From: Guillardia theta CCMP2712
Taxonomy: Eukaryota > Protista > Cryptophyta
Assembly (NCBI RefSeq): GCF_000315625.1
Contig: NW_005434670.1
Span: forward strand, 883,165 to 947,164
Length of the DNA: 64,000 nucleotides
Reading direction: 5' to 3'
Part shown: positions 50,728 to 63,251 of the stretch, one piece after another
Layout of the letters: each line of letters opens with the position of its first letter
Position numbering within the stretch: position 1 is the first letter of the stretch
Position numbers and translations under genes: made by a program
Notes under the pieces: model-generated
What the model saw: the letters and a program-made list of their open reading frames with translations, nothing else
What the model was told of the DNA's origin: nothing
The model's database searches: none

Positions 50728-52945
50728 TCACTTGATGTCTCCCTCCACCTTGACTTTCTGTCTGTAGAGTATCTCCTCCTGCGTCTCAGCTCTCAGCAGA
50801 GCCAGCAGCCTCCCACCACCTTCACCTGAATCTTCCATACTGGCTTCGACCCGGTGAAGTACTGGGATCCCATCCATGCGATAGTCCTGACTACAGCACA
50901 AGTCAACCCCAGCCTCCTCCTCCTCCTCCTCCTCCTCCTCCTCCTCCTCCTCCTCCTCCTCCTCCTCTTTCTACCAATCGGAACCTTGGAAACCCACGGC
51001 ATCTGCACCACAGCATCGATCTCTACCTGCAAGGAGCAGTCAGACCTCTCCCGTCCCTCCCCTCTTCCTCCCTCACCTCGTCAGCCGTTCGGTTCTTGAG
51101 CAGCCGCACTGCTTCATCCACCTTCCTCTTCCTCTTCATCTGCAGCTGCTCCCAGTCGCGCTCCTGCAGGAAGAGGGTCAGGACGGGCCGAGGGAGGTCG
51201 AGCAGGAGAGACCTTCCAGTACTTGCTGGTCTTGTCGACCTTCTGCTTGATAAGCCGCTTGCTCCTCCTCTTGCTGATAGCCCACGGGATCGACTTGTCG
51301 AGGAGGGCCGAGATGACATCTGCCAGGAGGGGTCGATGAAGTTGTCCTCGAGCTGGATCAGCTCCATCGTTCTGAACATCTCCCTCCTCTTCAGGTGCTT
51401 GATTATCTGTAGCCCCGCCACGTCCCCGAGCCTGTTCCCTCGCAGATCAAGTCGCTGCACCTTGGAGTTTGCCAGGTAGATCCTTCCCTCGTTCTTGCCC
51501 CACAGCTCCATCCACTGGAACGTGTCATCTTGTATCATGTTGCGAGACAGGTCGACTTCTTGCACCGACTTGTTCCAGTGCAGGCCGTACCCGATCTCAG
51601 ACACGTCGCTCAGTCTGTTGTCCGCCAAGTTCAAGACAGCCAGGCATGGCGATCGGCTCAGCCCCTCCCTCACCCTCCCGGTGCTGCAGCGAGACACCTT
51701 GTTCGACCGCAGGTCCAGCAGCCTCAGCTTGCTGTGCGCTTGACCGCAGAGCTCCATGAGGGAGCCTAGGGCGTAGTGATCGATCTGGTTGAACCCCAGG
51801 TACACGCTCTCCAGCGCGATCTTGGAGTTTCGCTTCAGCCCCTCCACCAGGTTGAACATGGCGTCGTCGTCGATCACGTTGCACTCTAAGTTGAGAACTC
51901 TCAGCGTGTCGTTGGAGAGCAGCCAGTTCTTCAGCTCCCAGCACGTCTGCTTGCCCAGCAGGTTCCCCGACACGTTGAGCGTCTGCAGGCTGCGGGTTGA
52001 AGACAGCTCCCTGGCGAGCTGCGCGCCATCGACGTCGCGCATCGGGTAGAAGAGGTTGGAGAGGTTGAGGGAGGTCAGCGACTTGGCGACGCGGAAGGTT
52101 CCCCTGAGATGGGAGTAGAGGGTGGGGCCGAGCGTGCTCGAGTCGAAGGAGAGCGAGCGAAGCTCGGCCACGTTGCCGCCCGCCATCGCCTTCTGCATCT
52201 GCTCGAACATGAAGACTGCAGGACCAGCCTGCAAGTAGCTGCCGTACAGGTCGAGCAGCTGGGGGTTGGTCGACCGCTGGAAGGCCTGAGAGATCCTGAA
52301 GATCTCATCGTCTGTTGCCTGCTCCTGACTCAAGTGCAGGAAGGGATCTTTGATGGCGCCCGAGGCGACGTCGATGAGCTCGTGCTCGAGGTCCTTCTCT
52401 TGCAGCACGAACTTGTTCTCGTGCGACTTGTAGTCTCGCACGAACCTGCGGCTGCGGTCGAGCTCGTGCAGGGAGCTCGGCTCTAAGATCTCGAACGTCT
52501 TGCTGTTGGAGTACTTGAGGTTCTCCTCGGCCAGGTTCAGGCTCTCCAGCGTGACCCCTCGAGGATACACAGGTCCTGACGAGATTGTCTGCGGGAGAGT
52601 TTCCAGCTGCAGGCTGTGAGCGCTGGCAGAGAGCAGCAGGTTGCCGTAGTCGTCTGTCTCCGACCAGTCAATGTGTGCGCGCGCTTGCTTCGCCTGCAGC
52701 TTTGCCATCTCCTGCTTGCGTTTCTCCACGCTCCTGCTGTTCTCGGGAGCGGTGGAGCGGCCAGGGATGTAACTGAAGTCATGCTTGGTTCTTGCCTCTA
52801 TCTTTTCAAGGTTGCCTACCTTGCTGAGAGCTTCCAGGCTCTTCTCGATATAGAGCTGCTTGCTTGTCTTCTTGCGCTGCCTCTCCAGCCTCTCAGCGAT
52901 CACCTCATCGAGCCCCGTCTTGCCACGACTACGCGACGTTGACAT
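50728..52945 (-). CDS. RNI-like leucine-rich repeat protein
   Basis: ~8 repeats LxxLxLxxNxI/L (LTSLNLSN, LQTLNVSGNLL, LRVLNLECNVI, LRLLDLRSNKV, VQRLDLRGNRL). Confidence 0.85.
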
Positions 52946-53199
52946 GAGGTCTCAGACTCACTCGCAGGCGGAGAATTTTCTTGTTTGCATGTTCATCGAA
53001 GCGAACTCAGGAGCTCCAGCTGCCGCGCTCCTCTCTCGTCTCTCGTCTCTCGTCTCTCGTCTCTCTTCTCTCCTCTCTCCTTCTTCTCGTCACAGTGCTG
53101 CCTCACTGTCAAACACGCCTCCATCATCATCCTCCTCCTCTAGTGCCAGCAGCTTCTCTCACTTCCCCTCCCGCCGCTCTCAGCGCCTCCATGGCGCAC

Positions 53200-53760
53200 C
53201 AGGTCAGTTAAAACACTCCCGGCGGCCCGACCTGACCTCGCAACTGACAGCGAGAGTATGGCACTCAGAATACAGTTCGGACCCGATGATCGACCCGGGA
53301 CCGGGCCCGGCCGCCAAATAGGCCGGGCTCGGACCGGGACAGTTCCGACGGGGGGCCGCCCGGCCGGGCCGTCACCGGTGACCGGCCTTCGGAGTCACGG
53401 TCACAAGTCACGACTCCGCGAGTCTTTTACTTAGTATCTTTACTCATCACCAGTCCTTTATTCAAATGGTTACTAAGCCTGTACGGTCAGGCCCTTACGG
53501 GAATGGATTCAAGTTAGATTCGTGAACCAGGCTGATCGGACTCGGACCCGATTGGCTCTGCCGTGACTCAGTGACGGTGACTCACTGTGTCAACTGAGCC
53601 TTGAGCGCGCCGCCGCCGCCGCCCGGCTCAGCGGCGGCTCCGACGCCCCGCATAATGGCGGGCCAGCCGGCCGATCACTGAGGCCGGGCTGAGCGAGGAC
53701 CCACGGCAGAACTTTGAATAGCTGAGATCAAAGAAGATCCGATCGATCATGCGATGCAGG
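53200..53760. other. GC-rich palindrome-scar island 5
   Basis: GTGACTCAGTGACGGTGACTCACTG, TTACTAA, GATCCGATC, GTCACCGGTGAC. Confidence 0.75.
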
Positions 53761-54749
53761 ATCATTCTCAATGCAAGAAATGAGTCAGTGGCATTTTCAG
53801 TTTATTATTCATGTTGTCGTTCGAGTCTTGACTCGTCACTCATTGTGGTACGAGTCTGATTAAAGATGGTAACTTTTTACAATCATATCAAAAATCGGGT
53901 AAGTGACCACACTCGTTCAGTGAGGTGCATTCGAACCCTCAAGACTGTGCAGCTTCATGATTCGCTCACTCCACCAATGATTGCGTCGATATTGAAATGC
54001 TCTGAAATTCCAGGTAAAACTGGCAATTTTCCGTCGCTTTCTTTTGACCTCCGCAAGACCAAATTGATGGAATTTGCGAGACAGATCAATCGTCTTTTCT
54101 TGTCCGCTGAGAATGCATTGAAGGATTCCTCTGTGATCCAGAACTTGCAGGCTTGAGCAACTTCGTGATAGACAGCTTTCCGATCCATCGAAGACTCGCG
54201 GGAGGATGGCGGCAAGTTTCTCAAACTTTCATGAGCAAAGGAGTTCCAAGAGTGCAAGAGTTCGCTGTTACGAAGTTGTTCCGTAGCCTCGGATTAGAAA
54301 AAAGATTTATATTTAGAGATCGATCAAACAGGAAAAGATAAAGACAGGAGTAGAACCAGGTACGATGATTTAAGAGTGAGACTGAACACGAGAAGGAGCA
54401 GAGGGGAGGAGATGCGTGTCGAGATTGCACAAGTCAAGGGATAAGATCAGCTTAGCTGTAGCACAGGGAAGGCGCGTGGGAAGGGGTCAAGGTGGGCAGG
54501 TTACGGATTTAGGACGGGCGCGGGGTTCATATGCTCGCACGCTAGCAGGACGAAGGGCTTACAGGGTCCCTTACAGGGCATTTTTGTATCCGTCACAGGA
54601 AAAACATTATAGGGAGGCTTACAGAGAAGACCAAAAGAATACTTTTCGAGAATGATTCCGTGAATGGTACAATTTTTGAAACGCATTAAAGAACTTTTCG
54701 TCACGAAACCTCGAGATATGAGAGGACAGCTTTACAGGCTCAGAGGGAC

Positions 54750-55300
54750 TCACGTTGGCACTCCGTCGTCCGATCCTCAGTCGGAGTTGCCCTACTCCAA
54801 CAAGCCTTGAAGCAAGCCTCCAGACGGTTCAACGGTTTCTAACCGTTCACAAGGTTACACGGCCTCCGAGGCTCTACCTTAAAGTTTGATTGTCTTCTTG
54901 ATCGGACCGTGACCGTAGTCGGGCCCGGGGCCCGGGGCCTTCCCCGCCTAATCAAGGAGACTCTGAGAGAGGCGAGAGGCCCGGGCCACCACAGTGACGA
55001 GTCACAGTGACGTTGGATAGTCCGATCACCGTCACGCAGCTGCGGCGGACTCGGAGGCGCGGCGCGCTGGCACCCGGGCCGAAACTTCGGCGGCGTGACG
55101 CCAGGCCGCGCAGCCTTCAGCGGCCCGGCCCCGCCGGGTAACCGAGCCGCGTGCGGCTCTAGTGCCGCAAGTTAGCGGCTGAGCGGCCGGGCGCCCCCCG
55201 GGCGGCACTGAGCTCGGAGGCTCCACTGGCCGGGCCGGGCCCAACTTGCTCAGGCACACTGTACGGTATCAGCGTTCGATGTTCCAAGTCAAGTCACTGA
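54750..55300. other. GC-rich palindrome-scar island 6
   Basis: AACGGTT, AACCGTT, GCCTC-C-GAGGC, CAGTGACGAGTCACAGTGAC, GTACGGTA. Confidence 0.75.
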
Positions 55301-55506
55301 ATTAAAATCTAAAGATAATTGAATTCAAATTTGAGGGCGGTCGTCTTTGAAATTGAAACAAAAAGATCAGGTTTGATGGATGTGGATGGACCCCCACCTT
55401 TTAGCTTCTTGGTACCGGTATGTTCATCATTCCTTATTCACCACCCCCATTCCAACCACCAGATCCCAGGGGTGGGGTGAGTCGCGGTTGTTGGGAGCGG
55501 AGGGCC

Positions 55507-58500
55507 ATGCAGCCAGCGGTCATGAAGGGGTTGATGCTGATGATGGCGGCGGCGGCGGCAGTCGATGGAGCTCGGCCATGCCCGACGTCCACGACAGAGT
55601 TCAAGAACAAGATCAACTCGCTGAGAGGAGTGAACGGTCACTTCATCTCCGCCTCAGTGTCTTGGAAGAGAATTAGCGAAAGGACAGCTCAGTTCGAGAT
55701 CTGGAGCACTTGGCGAAGAAAGTATGGATGGCCTTGTCCTACAGACACAGGGTTCAATGGTGAAGATGGGTGGCCTGTCATAGGAGAGAGATTGAGCGTA
55801 GTTGGACTGGCGAGGGCAGCGGATTCCAACAAGGACGTAACTATCAAGTTCTACACGGGTGAAATTTCTTAGATTTCTTAGCTCAGAGGTATGCTGACTG
55901 CTCGATGTAGGTGATGGAACGAGTTATGATGTTGAGTTCGATGTCACCTCCTACTCCATCCCAGAGGATTGGGTGATGGGTGTCACCTATATTACCCACA
56001 CGTACCAACAACCCTTCGGCTCCTCGTCTCCCTTCTACCCCACCTCGTACGTTGCGGACCCAGCGGTCGGAATCATGCAGCCTGTGCAAACGTATCCCTG
56101 GACAGCCTACTTTGCTGGCTGCTGCAAACAGTGGTACAAGGATGGAACGACCCCTGAATTCTATATTGAGACCAAAGTTGACCTGACAAACCACCTAACC
56201 TCAGCGAGGATCGTCTCGCTGCCTTTCCTCTCTCATGCTGATTCAGCCCCCCGGCCCATCTCCATGTGTGCGTTGCCTGTGGGCGGGAAGGCTGCCCAGG
56301 TGGAGCTGACAGGAAGTACCCTGAACTGGCAGCATGACGACAATCGACCTGCTTCGTTCTCTTGGACTGTCTCTGGTACCCTGGGCGTCTCCATTGTTGG
56401 GCCCACAGACAAGAGCTGTGTTGTCATCAGCATCCCCGATACCTCTGCAGTGAATGGCACAGCGAACTACTTGACGGTAGAGTGCAAGATGGGCACGTCT
56501 ACGGTTCAAGGCACATACCCGCTGTTAATGTATGGAAGCTCCAGCTTCGTTTCCTCCAACCGCCATCTGTTCGGCTGCTCCGACAACGTCGCTTGCGAAG
56601 TGAACGTAACGTTGGGAAAGTTCCTCCTGCCATATGATTTCTATTGGCGTGAGGTTGGTGATGGAAACAGATTGGAGGGCAGGTATGTCGTTGCATCGCA
56701 GAGCAGGGGAGCGTTGGTGGCTACTGCACCAGTGGGGATGAATTATACCACGTCTCTGAGCATGGTGGACAACGCAGATCTGCCTACAGGCTCTCGATTT
56801 GTTTCTGCGAGCTTGACTGGGATGTTTGTCACGGATCTTGATGTTCAATACCTGACTGGTAAGAGCAACTCAGACCCAAGGTCCCAGCTTCCTATTTCAA
56901 GTGGTCAGAGAGATTACTTCTCCAACGGCATGTTGCCTGCTGGCTGGCAGGAGGTGCCGAACAGCGACTTCAATGGTCCTAATGGAGGTGCGATCGTGCG
57001 CCTGCTAATCAAGAAGGAAACGCCTGCAGGAGACGGGAGGAACGACATCGACTACAGCCGGTTTGCGGCCATCACGGACATTCAGCTAGCAAGTGCGTCT
57101 CAAGTGCCTCACTGGACCAGCATCGGTTACCTCAAGCTGGACAAGAACCTGCTGGATCAAAGTCAGACAGGGGAAGTATACATCATGTACAAAAGAGGCA
57201 GCGGCTCTCCTATCATGGACGTGACGGCGACTCCGACCGCGGGCTACACCAACCTGACGGCGAGCACTCAGGGACCGGGGGGGAAGGTTGGGACTGTCAA
57301 CCTCTACGTCAAGTTCTACAACGAGTCGATCCTAGAACGGTACATGCTCTGGAAGCCTTGCGAGCGAGTCGAGAGCTCGACTGTCCTATGTTTCTCCTCG
57401 TTCTACAGCACGGCTTCAAACCTGTTCCAGCTGGCGCAAGGGCCGCAGCAGTGCGTCAAGATGGAGGTGGTACGCAGCAAACCTCCTGAGGTGACGATAA
57501 TGGCGGGCCAGCCCTACGTGGCGACGATGGGCAAGATGATGGAGATAGAGTTTCATGTTCAGAGAATGGATCTTCCTCTTACTAACATGGAGGACTTCCC
57601 CTCCATGGGCCTCGCAGCTTACCTGACGAGGCCCGGGCAGTCCCTAGACCAAGCAAGGATGAACTCGTCAGGCGTCCTCCAAGGGCTGAGATGGGTAGCC
57701 TTGCAAACTTTGACGAGCCCTTTCACTGAATAGGTGGACTACAGGTGGGAGGAGACAAGACTTCCAGCCAACTCTCGAGAATCGACCAGGTGGAGGGAGG
57801 GTTCCGAGGGTTCCTGCAGTGGACGCCGTCGCCAGCTCAGGGCGGATGGCAAGGGTCGATCTGCCTGACCGCCTGCATCTCGCCCTCGACTTGCTTCCCC
57901 GTAGACGCCCCACCAACTGACTACTGTAGCGAGAAATGCTTGCATGTGGTGGTGGAGAAGTGCAAGTGGTACTTGGGCAAAGAAGATTCCTTCGAGGAGG
58001 TAGCGAAGAAGTTCAAGACAGACTGGCTGCTGGTAAGTGGAGGGAAAATGTGCTCGTCCTCTGAAGATCTGACTCCTTGTGTTTTCGCTTGGTTCTCGCC
58101 TCTCCACTTTTTTTCGTCTGCTCCTCTCTCTCTCCATTCCTCTCCCTATTTCCTCTCCCTGTCCTCTCCATCTCTCTCACCTGTATCTTCTCTTGCTCCT
58201 GCCATCCTGCCTTGCCTTCACTTTCGTCTTCTCCTCTTCCTCCTGCAGCTCTGGCACCTCAACCCCTTCACCGCAAACAGCGTCTTCCCCTCCCTTCAGC
58301 GGCTGTACGATGCTGTCACGTCCACGACCAACATCGGAAGACTGTACAAACCGAGATGGGAAGATACGGTAAGAGTGGAGCTAAAGCAGCGGGGAGGAGA
58401 GGAGAGGTGGATAAGGATGGAAACAGATTTGACGGAGGAGGTCTGAGGACGAATAGAATGAGGAAGGCAGAGGTGCAGGACAAGGAGAGGCTGATGAGTC

Positions 58501-59100
58501 AGCAGCAGGAGGGAGGGGAGGGGAAGGAGCAAGGACCCTGAGAGAGGTTTCTGATCGCTGCGTTTCTATTCCCCCATAAAGATACTAGCTCGCGAATATT
58601 CCTTCACGGATCATAGGACAAGCGGCTCGTCACCTCACCAGGGACCTGCTCTCTCCTCCTCCTCCTCCTCCTCCCTCCTCCCTCCTCCCCCTCCCCTCCC
58701 CTCCTCCTCCCCTCCCCTCCATCTTGGAGAATGCTACTTTTCTCTTTCTTCTCACCCTCATCTCACTCTCGTTCTTACTGGCTTTCACAGAGCGTGTGTG
58801 TTATTCCCGATGCCTGCTCCTTCTTGCCCTAACTTGTACTGCTAACGTCCTGGCACTCTCCCTCCTGTAGATATTCTTTTGTGCTCCGAATGTAACGAAA
58901 GGTGAAACCTTAACCCTCCCTTCCAACAGGCCTCCTCCTCCTCCTCCTCCTCCTCCTCCTCCTTCCTCCTCACACCTCCACCTTGTCCAACTGTTCTTAA
59001 TCTTCCTCCTCTTTCGTGCTTCTACTCCATTCCTGCCTGTGCTGCTCTCTCTGGCACCTTCCCCTGTCGATCTCTTGTGAAAAACTTTATTCGCCATGCT
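55507..59100 (+). CDS. Large secreted protein with MABP-like beta-prism and C-terminal LysM-like repeats (3' end uncertain)
   Basis: Signal peptide MKGLMLMMAAAAAVDG; AITDIQL..GYLKLDKNLL....VYIMYKRG..PIMDV (MABP-like); CKWYLGKEDSFEEVAKKFKTDWLLLWHLNP and LYKPRWEDT (LysM-like). Confidence 0.65.
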
Positions 59101-59246
59101 ATATGAACGAGACAGGGTGGGCGGTAAGAGGAAGAAGAGCAGAAAAGACAGCGGAGGAAGGACGACGAGCAGGACGAGCAACAGGAAGAGGAGGAGCAAG
59201 TAGCAAACAGTGCAGGAGGAGGAGGAGGAGATCGAGGTTCTTGGTA

Positions 59247-61492
59247 TCAGTGGGAGTGGGATGCGATGGAGAAGACAATCAGCACAGAGAGGAGGATGGC
59301 GAAGAAAGTGGCGATGGGCCGGTAGAACCTGTGCAGGAAGGAGGGGAACGGCTGAACGACCGTCTCCAAGTTCACCTTGTCATGTGCGTCCTCCGGGTCG
59401 GCGACCTTGAGAGCCTGGAGGAAGCAAGAAGTGTCCTGCTCCTGCTCCTGTGCAGTGCCGAGCTCGGAGGAGTGCAGTTCTACCTGATGAGGAGGTAGCC
59501 AAGAGGAAGGAACCATCCCTCGCACACCGACGGCGGCGAGAGCGATGAGGAGGGGAAGACGAAGTTGATGGGGCCGAGAGCCAGGTCTCCGCTCCATGCG
59601 ATGAGCTCGTTGAAGAGTCCTCCCTGCGAGACGTTGAGGAAGCGCAAGGGGAGAAGGGCAAGAAAGGAAGGGGGAAGAAAAGAACAGAGAAGGAGGAGAG
59701 GAGGGATTGAAGGGGACAACGAAGAAGTCGTTTCTGGGAATGGAGGAAACAGAAGTTTGACGCAGGCAGACGAGAGAAGCATTGGAACGAGAAACAGGCA
59801 ATTGGTTCAGAGAAGCTGATGACGGAAGGGAGGAAAAGGGCGAACAAGAGGAGGAGGAGGAGGAGGAGGAGGAGGAGGAGGAGGGGGGGGGGGGGGGAAG
59901 AAAGAAAGCGAAGTTGTTGACAGGGAGGAGAGAGAGCAAGAGGGCTAACCTCGTAAAAGACCCAACTGACCAACCACGGAAAGAAGATCGCCCAGAAGTG
60001 GCTCATCCTCGGCCCGCAGACTCGTCCCACGAGGAGGCTGTAGCGCGTGACGATGCAGATGAAAGGGATGCCCAGCCCGATCATGCCGAAGGCGAACAGA
60101 AAGGCGCTGACGCGGGTGATGGTGGGGGAGCAGGCGTTGGAGAGCGTGTTCAGGAAGTTGCCCTCCGCTCTGTAGTAGGCCATGGCGCCCATCCATCCGG
60201 TTGCCACGTAGAGGATCGTGGAGAAGAAGGTAGAGATCCAGATAGAGGGGGCGATGCCGACTTCTGCCTTCTTCTCGTTCACCCACGAGGGGACGACGAC
60301 GATGAAGGCGAAGTTGAAGACGATGCTTCCAAGCACGTGGCTGTAGTCGTGCCCGAAGGCCGGGACCTCGTGGTTCCCCATGCCCTGCATGTAGAACTGC
60401 ATGAGGAACTCAGCGGAGAGGAGGAGGAGCATGTAGAAGGAGATCTTCTGGATGAAGATGTTTTCCTCCAGGTTCATGATGCTCATGGGGATCAGGATCA
60501 GTGCAAGGCTCAGGTACCCCAGCGAGATGATGGCGCGGGACTCCTCGGGGTCGTTGAAGGGGATCACCTTCCCCTGGTGGCAGGCAGCCGACTGCTCCAT
60601 GGTGACCGGGGGCTGGAGGATCGCCTTGAGCGGAGGAGACCAGCTGATGATGTCGAGCGTCGGCCAGACCTGGAGGGCGTACGTGGTGTGCCGGGGGTTG
60701 AGGAAAACGATGAAGGAGTCCATGACCTGCGCGTTTGAGATGATAGAGGAGGAGATCTGCGCCATCATGTTCACTATGAACATCCCCTGCGCAAGCTGCA
60801 TCCCCCTGTGCCCCCAGAACTCCTCGAAGACGTTGACGAACTCAATCCTCCTCTGGAAGCGGCTGTTGCCTGGCACGCGCGCCATGGCGTCTGTGAGGAG
60901 AATCGCGGCCAGGGAGGAGGCGATGCAGATGACGAAAAGGACTACGGTAGGAACGAACCAGCCAGCATCCTGCACGAGCACAAGCCGCTAATCAGATCCG
61001 ATGAGAGTCATGAGAAGGAGGGAGGACCTCAGGAGAAGGGAGGAGGAGAAGAACATTAGAGGGTTGGGGAAGCGAGGAGAGGGAAAGCAGGAGGAGAGGT
61101 GAGGAGAGGTGACGAGAGAAGGGGAGGGGATGGGAGGGGAGGAGAGGACAGGTGAGGTGAGGAGGGGAGGAGGGGAAGGGAATAAGGGGACAGAGGAAAG
61201 AGCAGTGAAAGAGAAAGGGGAGGGGAAAGAGTCCAGGAGGGAGGGGTGGACAAAGATCTCTCACCTGGTAGACTTTGGGAAGGACGAGCATGCCTGGGCC
61301 AGCGATGTTGTTGACGACGATGACGATGGAGCTGAAGAAGCCAAGAGACTTTCCTCCCAGCAGTCCTCCCCTCGACGTGTCTGGTCTGCCTTCATTGTCC
61401 CTGTAGCTGACGAAGCTGGCCTCATTCGAAGGGTCTTTGAGCTGCCTGTACTCGCTCCTCCGAGGGTGATCGCTGTGCCAGAAGCCCGACAT
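59247..61492 (-). CDS. Amino-acid transporter (AAAP / Aa_trans family)
   Basis: SLGFFSSIVIVVNNIAGPGMLVLPKVYQ|DAGW, VLGSIVFNFAFIVVVPSWVNEK, ~11 TM segments. Confidence 0.9.
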
Positions 61493-62666
61493 GGAGGAGG
61501 CGGCAGCTGCTGCTCTACCCCTTGCTGCCCTGTCTTGTAATCAACAGAGTTCGAGAACCAAGTGGAAGCGGTTTGATTTGTCTATCAGTGCAGTTCCAAG
61601 TCCATAAGTCCCGTCTGGACGGGTTGTGCTATGTAGCAGATGACGTATGTGTGATCGATCAGGTACTGCAAACAAACAGGATGTTTTCAAGGTCGTGTCT
61701 TCTAAGAATCCAGGCAAACATGAAAGGCAGGCATGTCATCGAAGCATAGAGGAAACAGGTTTTCATGCATACATCTTGGAGGCAGACCGTCACTCTCAGA
61801 CACATCACACGACAGATCACACATGGGAGATCTACTACTGTCTTCAGGCATCCATTGCAGACAGTCTGATGCAATCATGTCTTTTCTCTCGCTCATGTCT
61901 TTTCACATGATTGTATCCTCCTTCCTGTGCGACTCTTTCTACTCAATCCTCTTCCATTCCCAACCAGCTGTTCACACCTGACATCTCCCTCCTCACACCC
62001 TCTGTTGATCTCTCCAACCATCTTCGGCCTCTTCGCTCTCCCATCATCTTCTACCACTCCATGTTCCTTCTCCAAATCTTCTCCACCACTTCACTTCCTC
62101 CTCCTCATCGCAGACTTACATGTTGCCTCCGTCTACTCCAGTACCATGCGCGCTGGTTCCCCGAAATTCTACCACCGGTGGTATTTTGTGATTACCGGTA
62201 TATTTTATTGCTTTTGTGCAGAGAAATGGAGGGGTTATCTTGTCTCAGGGATTCATTTCCCAGGGGTAGTACCTGCTGAGTCACCATCACGAGTCTGCCT
62301 CAGAGAAAGAGACATGATCCCCGCATCCCCCCTCATCTCAGATGCGCCTCAATCTGCTCTTCAATGCCGGATCGTTGGGCTGCAATGCGAGGAACGGCGA
62401 TGCTGATTCCGTTTCATGATAACGGAGAAGAGTGGAAAGAGGACTGAAGAAGATGAGGGGAGAGGAGAGGATGGGCATGAAGAACTCCAAGAGGAAAGGG
62501 CCGAGAAAATCGAACATGTTCTTGAATGCAACATGTATTGATTCGGAACAGATGGTCTAGATACATGGACGGTGCAAGTAACGGTCTGCACATACGGGAC
62601 CGGAGGATTTAAATCCACTAGCACATCATAATTGAATGCGGTACCACTTTGGGCGAGAGGACACGA

Positions 62667-63251
62667 ATGCGATCGCAGAGCTTCTTCATCCTGCTGGAGT
62701 TTCTCGCCATGATAACATGCGTAAACACGGACAAGAGTTTGAAAGCAGTTGATCAGTTAGGATCAGGTCAGGACTGTTTGAATGTCAAAAGCAAGCCCGC
62801 TGCCCTTTGCAAGCATGCGGGCTGCAACAAACGAAAAGCGTACGGGGACGCGACAATGAGGGTGGCAGAGGCTTGTTCGAAGCATAAACAACCCCATCAC
62901 ATCAATCTCATGACCAAGAGATGCAACTGGCCTTCCTGCAGCAAGTATGCTTCCTTCAAGACAGACAGTCAAACCTTCTGCGCTCTCCACAAGCCGGCCA
63001 ACTCAACAGATTTCAGAAGTTCAGCAAAGGTTTGTCGATACCCAGAATGCAAGAAGCAAGCCTCGTACGGAATTGCTCGACCCCTTTGGTGCAGAGATCA
63101 CATGAACATCTCTGTCGACGTCGACGTCAAGAATCGGCTGTGCACGTTCGGCAACTGCTCCCAACGCGCTCTGTATGGAGATGCATCATCGGGCTTCAAC
63201 TTGCGCTGTGCTCAACACAGGCTGACGTCGGACGTGAAAAGAAGGTTGTGA
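62667..63251 (+). CDS. EsV-1-7-type cysteine-rich repeat protein with hydrophobic N-terminus
   Basis: Four repeats C-x4-C-x3-(A)-(S/L)-(Y/F)-x5-9-C-x2-H (CKHAGCNKRKAYG..CSKH; CNWPSCSKYASF..CALH; CRYPECKKQASYG..CRDH; CTFGNCSQRALYG..CAQH). Confidence 0.85.
   Translation: MRSQSFFILLEFLAMITCVNTDKSLKAVDQLGSGQDCLNVKSKPAALCKHAGCNKRKAYGDATMRVAEACSKHKQPHHINLMTKRCNWPSCSKYASFKTDSQTFCALHKPANSTDFRSSAKVCRYPECKKQASYGIARPLWCRDHMNISVDVDVKNRLCTFGNCSQRALYGDASSGFNLRCAQHRLTSDVKRRL

Noticed and set aside
61540-62640. Possible gene between the permease and the EsV-1-7 gene
   Set aside because: Only short ORFs with no recognisable motif or consistent splice chain.
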